Origin: Camelus dromedarius
Lineage: Eukaryota
DNA: 64,000 bases
NCBI RefSeq assembly: GCF_036321535.1
Contig: NC_087472.1
Span: 1,054,001-1,118,000, forward strand
Direction: 5' to 3'
Below are positions 56,421 to 64,000 of this stretch, piece by piece; position 1 is the stretch's first letter; every line of letters begins with the position of its first letter. The notes under the pieces are model-generated. The model was not told the origin of the DNA and made no database searches. It worked only from the letters and a program-made list of their open reading frames with translations. The translations under genes were made by a program, and so were the position numbers.

Positions 56421-57986
56421 TTTTCACATAGACGCTGTGTCTCTCATGTTTATTTCAATCTACTAGTTTTTGTTGCCATTGCAAATGAAATATTTATTCA
56501 CATTCCATTTCTTGGTGCTTTTCACTAGAGCAGAAAAGGCTGGGTTTTTGTTTTTGTTTAACATGCATCATATTCAGTCACATCTAGCCACTTTACATTC
56601 CACCCGTGGCAGAATTCTAGAATTCTGGTGCCCCAATCTTGGCAGCATCCCTGCTGTCTGATATGACAGGGTGCTCCCAGCTCATCCTGTACACTTGCCG
56701 GCCTGGCCTGGGACCAGCCACATCTCCAAGAGGCACTGGGTCTTACTGGTAGGAAATGGTCTTTAGGGACCATAATCTGGGGTCTGCGGGTGGAAACGAG
56801 TGTTGCTTTAAACTGCTGAGTTTTTGTTAGTCAGATGGCAATAGAAACCTAATGCAGTCATCCTGACAGTATTGAGTCTTCCGATCCATGAACATGGAAT
56901 GTCTTTCTGTCTGTGTAAGTATTCTTTAATTGTACAATACCACTTGTATGAAATTTTCAGAGGAGGTAAATCTACGCAGACAGAAAGTAGATTAGTGGTT
57001 GCCATGAGCTGGTGCGGGGTGGTAGGTGTCATAAGGAGAGACTAGTTAACGGGTACAGGATCTCCTTTTAAGGTGATAAAAATATTCTGGTAGTAGACAC
57101 AGGTGCTGGTTGCACAATACTGTGAATGTACTAAATGCCACTGAAATGTGCATGTTTAAATGGTTAATGGTTATTTTTATGTTACGTCAATTTTTCCTCA
57201 GTTGAAAAAAAATTAAAAATAAAAAACAAAATCCCACACTGAGATACCACATGTCCCAGCTCAGGTTGCATATGTCCCCGCATGGTGAGTGGCGGTAGTA
57301 CCTGTGGGCATAGCGCAGGGGAGCCAGGACTCTCTCACCTGGTGGTGGGGCTGCCAAATGGGGGAGAGCACTGGGGAGGGGAATTTGCCAATATCTGGAA
57401 AATTCTTTCTGTGGCTTAAAGAAAACGAGGGGGCTCTGCATGCACAGATATGGAGAGACACGTAGGAGATTTAGATGTATTGCTAAGTGACAAATGCAGT
57501 GACCCAGGCACTACCTCTGACCTTCCTCCTTTCCTCTCCTCCTTCCTCCTTCCCTCCGTTTCAGCCCTGTTCACCTCCAAGGAGTGCACCAGTGTCTTCA
57601 CAGCTGCTATTCTCACTGCCTGGAACAACCCTCCCCCACTCTGGAAAGCCTGACTTCTTGTCACTCCTGTTGGCTTCAATGTCACCATGCAAAAAAGGCC
57701 TCTTCATCTTGCTTGTACATTTTTTGTTTCTCTATTTGTGATTTACATCCACACTCATGCACACCCACCCACCCAGATGGGAACACATGCATATAGACAC
57801 ACATGTGCACATCTCTGTACACTGGTCCCCAGAAACAGTGGCGACCACTGACTGACCTGATGACCTCCTGGAGTCCTAGAGCATCAGATAATACCCATCC
57901 CCACAGCTCCTTTTCTCTGCACCCACCCAACCTCTCCTCTAAACTCCACATTCATGTGGATTCAAGGTCCCAAGGAGAGGGTCCCC

Positions 57987-58125
57987 AGGGGGAGGTATAG
58001 CTCTGGTAGAGTGTGTGCTTAGCATGCACAAGGTCCTGGGTTCAATTCCCAGTACCTCCATTAAAAAATAATAAAATAAATAAACCTAATTACCTCCCCC
58101 TTCAAAATAAAGTAGCAAAACTAAA
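57987..58125 (+). mobile_element. tRNA-derived SINE (Vic-1-like)
   Basis: ggaggtatagctctggtagag...ggttcaattccc...aaacctaattacctcccc; TSD ccaaggagaggg at 57970-57981 and 58126-58137. Confidence 0.92.
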
Positions 58126-59469
58126 CCAAGGAGAGGGCCCCTAGCGCTAGACAGTCCCTCCTGGCAGAAGCTCTGGCCTGTGCTGGCCTCTAGGCATGAG
58201 GCAGGATGCCCTAGACCACCCAGTGCTGGCAGCCAAGCAGAACATCTGCCCCACCACAGCCCTTCCTTAGGATCAGAGGCTCCTCCCTTGGGCCCCCCCC
58301 AGGAGTGTCTTTTCTGTCCCTTCAATGGCCACAAGGAAGTGGATCTTCTTCCCTGACAGTCCCCTAGCCCCTCGACCCTGATGCGAAATGGCTCCCTTCC
58401 TCCCACCCTGACCTACCAGCAACTCAGGGTTGCTTTTAAACACCAGGCCCCTTCCCTGCCAGGACCCACAATTGGGCTTCAAGGGGCTTGTTTTCCAGAA
58501 ATCGTCCGCCACTGGGTGAGCCACCTGAGGGGCTCCCTTCACCAGGAAGCCTGCTCTTTGGTGGCTTCTCAAAGAGGGCAGCAGGAGGTTGGCACAGGCC
58601 AGATGATCCCTTCTCCAGGTTTCCTGGAACCCAACAAAAGGCCCCATTGAGGTCCTCAGAGTTGTCCCCAACATCCAGGACCTCAGGTGAGGCTTGGCCA
58701 CCCCTCTCTGCTATGCCCCAGGCGCTCTGGCATCCCATCCCCTCTCCCACATGACCACAAATGGTCCTGCCCTAGATGCATGGTGAGGGAGCTGGAGTGA
58801 GAGCTCTTATCTGCCAGACAGGCCTCCCTGGGCCCCAGGTGAACAGGACACAGGGCCCTGCCCACTGGAGGAGGAGGGCACAGGAGCTGCTGTACCCAGC
58901 AGGGCCCACCACCGTCAAATCTGCACATTTGCTAGGGAGGTGGGGCTAGACTCAGAGCTAGGGTGCACCCCGCCAGCCAGGGCCTGTCCCCTGTCCCCTG
59001 AGCTAGGTGTCAGGCAAGGGGAACTGGGGGAGTTGACTGCTGAGGTGGGGGCAGGAGGCAGGGGCACGCACCCTCAGGCCAGATTCCCCATGTGGGGCTG
59101 TGAGCACAGCCAGCCTAGGTGGGGTGAGCAAGCAGTGAGTACAGGGCAACCACCATGCCTTCCCGGGCCGTCACCGGGGAGAGATGCTGTGGTGGGGGAC
59201 ATCGGGTGGCTGGGAGCCATAGGACAGCCATGGCCCTTGTGGAATGGGCAGCTCGGAGACACAAAAGGAGCCCAGGGGCCCGGGAGGGAGGCCCGAGGAG
59301 GAATGTCCCTCCTACCCACAGTGATGAACTGCACCACTGTGCCCACGCCCCTGTGAGGACCGGCTGCCTTGCAGATGCCCCCTCCTACCTCCACAGACTC
59401 AGTTTCCCATCCAGTCCCCTTCCACCCTCCCACCCCTGCCAAAAACAGTTTCTTGGAAGATACAAAGAG

Positions 59470-59700
59470 CAGAAACATCATATCATTCCATTTATGTGAA
59501 ACTTCCAGAACAGGCAAATCCATCCAGACAGAAAGTAGTCTGGGGGTGCGAGGGGCTGGGGGGTACTGCTAACAGATGTGGGGGCTCCTTTTGGGGTGAC
59601 TCACAACAGTGTGAATGTACTAAATAACCCTGAATGGTACACTTGCCAGTGGTCAAAATGGTGAATTTCACATTATGCGAGTTTTATCTCGGTAAAAAAA
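59470..59700 (+). mobile_element. L1MB/MC 3' end converging on the FAM50A 3' end
   Basis: cattccatttatgtgaaacttccagaacaggcaaatccatccagacagaaagtag...gtgaatgtactaaat...aaaatggtgaattt. Confidence 0.75.
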
Positions 59701-59748
59701 ATTTTTTCAATGAAACAGTGCAGGTGCTCCAACTGACATGGACGTTTC

Positions 59749-59754
59749 TTTATC
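59749..59754 (-). terminator. Candidate FAM50A polyadenylation signal variant GATAAA
   Basis: The - strand reads ttttatGATAAAgaaacg about 130 nt after the stop; no AATAAA seen before the L1 fragment. Confidence 0.45.
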
Positions 59755-59881
59755 ATAAAAGAAAAAAGCAGTAAATGACAGCACCGGGGCAGCAGATGAT
59801 CGGCCCGTCCTGTCTCAGAGAGAGGGCCAGGCGCCCGGAGTCCTGGAGCCGCGGGGAAAGGGGGACCATGCACCTCCACCT

Positions 59882-61844
59882 TCACCGGATCTGTGGGGAG
59901 GAGCAGGGGGTGTCGTCTCCGTCTCTGGTCTTCTCCGGGCGGCGCGCCAAGCCCTGGCCAGGCTGCCTCCCGCCCACAGCTCGAGGGGCTTCCTTACCGT
60001 GTACTTGTCCCACTTCTTCTCGGGGTCGTAGGGCTCCCAGCGGCTGGCGGGGAAAATGTGCTTGTTCTTCTCATACCAGCTCCTCAGCACCACCTTGCCT
60101 GCGTGCGACTGGGGAAGGGAGAAGGGCCAGGCTCTGCGGCTCAGGGCCACCCAGCTCAGGGCCACCCGGGGCTTGCCTTCTCCTCCCCAACCCGCCCAGC
60201 GCCCCCGCACCACAGTACCTCATCCTTCTCCACTGTGGCGTCGCTGAGCAGCCGCACATCGTCGTGAACATCGAAGTTAAAGAGAGGCCCTGCAGGGGAG
60301 AAAGGGTCAACCCACCCTCATACCTCTGCCCTGCGAGGCTGGGGGCCAGTTTCGGGGAAGGGGGGGCTGCACCAGGCGCACTCACCACTCTTTCCTCGTG
60401 CCTTGGTGACAATGAAGTCGTAAAAGCTGTGGTGCTAGGGGCCAAAGGTGGGAAAGTGACTACTGATGACCCGTCTCAGCCTCTCCTGCCCGCCCACCCA
60501 CCCAGAGTGAAGTGGGGGCTCTCCCTCAAAGCTCTGAGGCACGCCGAAGCCTGTGACCCTCCCGCTGCCACCCTGCCCTCCCGGGGCTGCAGGAGGAGAA
60601 GGGACTCACGTGGGGTATGATTAGGTCCTCCTTGATGTACATGAGCTGCTCCACTCCTGCTGACCTGAAGGAGAAAGGCAGGAGGGTGTGGAACAAAGAT
60701 GCTGTGAGGCTGCCTGCAAGGTCCGGTGCACCCGGAGCTAGCGCCCCCGTCCTCCACCTCTGGGCTAGAGAAATGGGGCAGGTGCTCCCAGCTGAGGTCC
60801 CCATGGTGAGAGGGATGGAAAGGGAGCCTGACCTTCCTCGCAGGAGCCCAGCGCCCAGCATGCCATGAGCAGCAGCCACCACTGCGGTCTCTGGCACCAG
60901 GACTGAGACCACAGCTGCAGCCGCCAAGGGCCCCGTGCACACACTCAGACACGCCCAGACACGCCCAGGCATCCACCTGAGCTCACTGAAGTCTTTGCGT
61001 AGGATCTCCAGCGCCTTCTGCAGGAACTGCTGCATTGTGTTGCCCTTTTTCATCTGCAAGAGCGGCCGGAGGACAGGTGTGCAGGGAACCAAGAAGTCAG
61101 GAAGGGAAGATGGAAACCTGGAGAAGGGTTCTCGAGAAGGCAGTGGCCTGCAGGGGTCCCAGAACCCTCATGACCCCTACAGGGGGCCGAGCCCTCTTCC
61201 CTGCTCTCCCCAGACTCCCCAGGGGCCACCCACACAAAGGGACCTGCGGGTTTTATCAGGATTGAAAGTCCCTTCCCACTGAATGCAAAGCAGGCTGCAC
61301 CCGAGAGGCATGTAGAATGGGGTGCAGGCCCCACACCGCCTACCTTGACTGTTCGCCGGTGTCCAGAGCCATCCCAGTAACTGAAAGTGATTTCGATCTC
61401 CTCGCCTACAAAACAGAACTGCCTCTTGGCCTACAGACCCAGGGGTCCCTGCTCCCTGCCAGCTCCCTGGGGCTCAAAGCACTGCCCAGAGGACTGCGGC
61501 AGGAGAGCCTGAGCCGCCCCCAGCCCTGGCCTCCCGCTGACCTGGCGCCCCAGCGCCGGCCCGCATATCCCACCCAGGGAGCTCTCACTCTTGATCTTCT
61601 CCTGCTTGGCTTCCCACTCCTGCCGGAGCTCTTCCCGGAGCCGATTCTCCTCCTCCTGCAAGAGGAAATCGGGCAACGGAGGGAGGCCCCGGGCTGCTGA
61701 GGGCACACGCCAGGCCCCGCTCCTTAAGCAAAGGCCTCTGCCCCGCACAGGGTCAGGCTGCCTTTACCTCCCGGTCTCGGTCAGGCAGGAAGCTGGTGTC
61801 CACATCTGGGTTCTTCCCCAGTTTCCTCTTCTTTGTGGTGACTT
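59882..61844 (-). CDS. FAM50A: FAM50A (XAP5), 3' part, nine coding exons; 5' exons lie beyond the window
   Basis: Exons 61768-61844, 61589-61655, 61344-61405, 60977-61053, 60610-60664, 60386-60434, 60219-60289, 59998-60108, 59882-59890 (GT-AG). [69 protein letters not shown]...[16 protein letters not shown]. Confidence 0.98.
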
Positions 61845-62412
61845 CTGAAGCAAAAGGAAACACAGGAGTCAGCTCTTCTGGGGCACCCTGGACCTTTGTC
61901 ACTCAGGCCTCAGCTCAAACGCAACCACCCTGGACACTTCTTGGACAGTCCTGGCTGGGACGCACCACCCTCTGCTCCCAGCCACAGTGGCCTGCGCAGT
62001 CTTCTTCATAGCACCTATGGAAACCTTTATAAAAAGCACCCTTGGCAAGGAGCCTTCACCTTGGTCTCCACCAGCAAAAGCTGAACAGGAGACGGGGTAC
62101 CTCGTTCTTCCCATCAGCTATGACCTGGAGTGCCTCAGGGGACGGAAGGCCTCAGTACCAGCGTCTGATGCAGAGAAGGCCCTTTGCACTGAGGGGCAGG
62201 GCATCCACAGAGGGGTGGATGCTCAGGGAGGGGCCCCTCCATGCCAGGAGCTGTGCTCTCATGGTCACATAGCTGATGTCTCATCTGCTCCTCAAAACAA
62301 CCTCCAAAAGGAACGACATTTCTTTTTACCAGGTGAAGAAATGGAAGCCCAAAGTCCCATGGCCACCAGTGCCAGAGCCAGTTTCCCCAGTGAGGATGCA
62401 GATGAACTAGAA

Positions 62413-62687
62413 CAGTGATTCTTCAACTGGATGGTCTTGGCACCCTGGACACTCAAACAAGGACCCAAGAAAATGAGAGCACCCACTCCATCAGCTGTCA
62501 GAGGGATGGCGTCATGCCACGTCACTTGGCCTCTGGAAAACTCCACCACACAGCCATGAAAACATAAGAGTGCGACAGGCTGAGAGTATCTTAGCACGAT
62601 TATGAAAACAGTTTTGACCTTGCAGACCCCCCTGAAAGGGTCTCAGAGACCCCCAGGGGTCCCTGCAGCACTCTTTGAGAACCACGG
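62413..62687. mobile_element. hAT-Charlie MITE with TIRs and 8-bp TSD
   Basis: Ends CAGTGATTCTTCAA ... TTGAGAACCACGG; flanks aactagaa / acctagaa (7 of 8 identical, resembling the nTCTAGAn hAT target). Confidence 0.8.
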
Positions 62688-63473
62688 ACCTAGAAGATGC
62701 CCCCACACACCAGGGCAGGGGTTCCAGAGCCTAGAGAATTTACAAAACTCCCACACCAGCTACCCATGGTTGGGCCCCCAAAACAAAGCTCCCAAGGGAG
62801 GAAGCGCTCACAACGCCCCAGTGACATGTGCAGCTCCCGCTGAACGCAACTGACCTGCCAACGGTGATGTTTCAGATGCCAAATGTTGCTAGATACTCAC
62901 TTTTACTAAACAGTACTAAAGGGAGCCCCGGGTGCTTCCCCTGGGAGGCTGGCAGGCACTTCCTCCTGACAGCAGTGGCTGTTGCCATCAAAGCTATGAC
63001 AGCCAGCCAGTCCCCAAGCCATGCAGCCATCCCCTGTCTCGGTTCTTCTCCATACCATTCCCTGGCCATCAGGCTTTCTAAACCAGCCCAGGCCTGCAAC
63101 ACACCCTCCCAAGTTCTCAAGTGTGTCCACTCCTGCCTGCTCCGCTTCTGGGCACGCTCATCTCTTGACTGCACACACTCCCCCACCCCCTCATCTCTCT
63201 GGGTTCTAATGAAACTCCCCTCATCCTGTCCCATCCCTGTCCTCCCCCGCCCCCATGGGGCGCTTCCTCTGAGCCCTGGGCTGGCCTGGGGCACCGGCAA
63301 GGTACACGCTGACCCGTCTGACTCCCACAAGGACAGGGACAGTGGCCGGCTTCTGGCCATCCGCCTCGGCTGGGAGGCAGGTGCACGGCACACAGGGGCC
63401 CCATGACGGCTTTGTCCTTGCTCAGCAGCCTTCCCGAGTTGTCCCTGGTGCCCCTTGTTCCATCGGGCAAGAC

Positions 63474-63642
63474 CTGCACTGTCCAACTGATAGCCACTTA
63501 ATTTCTGCAGTTGTGTCAACTTCCACTGAAATTAATCAAACAGAATGAACAGTCTGGCGCCCTAGTCACACAAGCAACATGCTCAGTGGCCACCCAAACA
63601 TGAACGTTTCCATCATTCTGGAAAGTTCTACTGGCCAACCTG
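63474..63642 (-). mobile_element. MER3/MER33-like hAT-Charlie fragment
   Basis: ctgcactgtccaa...gtttccatcattctggaaagttctactgg followed by gtctagat. Confidence 0.65.
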
Positions 63643-64000
63643 GTCTAGATCATCTCTTCTCCGCTGTCCATCCTCTGTGGCACGAATGAAGAGCAGCTTC
63701 TAGAACCTTCATGATCGGGCATCAGCCTGTCTGGCATCCTCTTGCACTGAAGACCCCACACCCCTGCCCAGAGACGGCATACTGGGTTCTGACGCACTCT
63801 GCCACTGAGAGCAAGCCCCCCCCTCAGCTCTGCACACTGCGAAGACGTCTCCCTTTCTCTCCTGTCCGGACTCAGGAGGTTTGAGACCACGAATGCAGCG
63901 GTCGATCGGCACTGGGCGGTAGATGTCCTTCTTCACTCTCAAGCCAGGATCCAGGACACAGCTCTGCCAGCAGGGCCCTTCCCTGGTCCCCCAAGCCTGC

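Larger units (their letters stand above)
50095..57220. mobile_element. Nested block of old L1M fragments (mostly - strand) interleaved with LTRs, SINEs and microsatellites
   Basis: L1 3' motifs (cagctttattgagat 50108; tttattgggtataact 54134), L1 ORF2 remnants (51290-51700, 55400-55890, 56860-56930), L1MC4-like 53270-53400, plus-strand L1MB/MC end 56940-57220. AT-rich, no long intact ORF. Confidence 0.85.

Noticed and set aside
57987-58060. tRNA-like A and B boxes
   Set aside because: These are SINE heads with A-rich tails and TSDs; no complete cloverleaf, so not tRNA genes.
59891-59997. Possible mirtron in the last FAM50A intron (I recall a human miRNA annotated near here)
   Set aside because: The 5' arm here (gtaaggaagcccctcg) does not pair with the C-rich 3' arm, so no convincing hairpin; the recollection is unverified.
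60139-60167. 14-bp direct repeat gctcagggccaccc in a FAM50A intron; (CCAGGA)3 at about 34148; homopolymer G/C runs at about 5950, 8548, 11995
   Set aside because: Ordinary slippage products with no supporting context; the G runs may form quadruplexes but that is common in GC-rich isochores.

Overview
Mammalian genomic DNA syntenic with the human Xq28 gene cluster. The species is probably a camelid, inferred from a recurring tRNA-derived SINE of Vic-1 type. Gene order: G6PD 3' end (+, last 5 coding exons), FAM3A (+, complete, 230 aa), SLC10A3 (+, one coding exon, 477 aa, partly N-masked), UBL4A (+, 159 aa), LAGE3 (+, 152 aa), PLXNA3 (-, 32 coding exons, 1872 aa) and FAM50A 3' part (-, 9 exons). 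I mapped all exon junctions by hand; frames are continuous and protein lengths are as expected. There are five CpG-island promoters, three N gaps, and a dense nested LINE/LTR/SINE block at about 50-57 kb. Strongest observations: (1) LAGE3 intron 1 has U12 (minor spliceosome) signals but a rare GC donor (GCATCCTG...CCTTAAC...CAG); (2) an antisense poly(A)-tailed U1 snRNA retrocopy mostly hidden in an N gap; (3) a degenerate 56-70 bp tandem array rich in CTGTCA sites between G6PD and FAM3A; (4) a candidate 20-nt poison micro-exon in FAM3A intron 2; (5) a 16-codon uORF before SLC10A3. I found no prokaryotic-type system (CRISPR etc.) and no new protein-coding gene. Gene and repeat-family names come from recalled sequences, not database searches.
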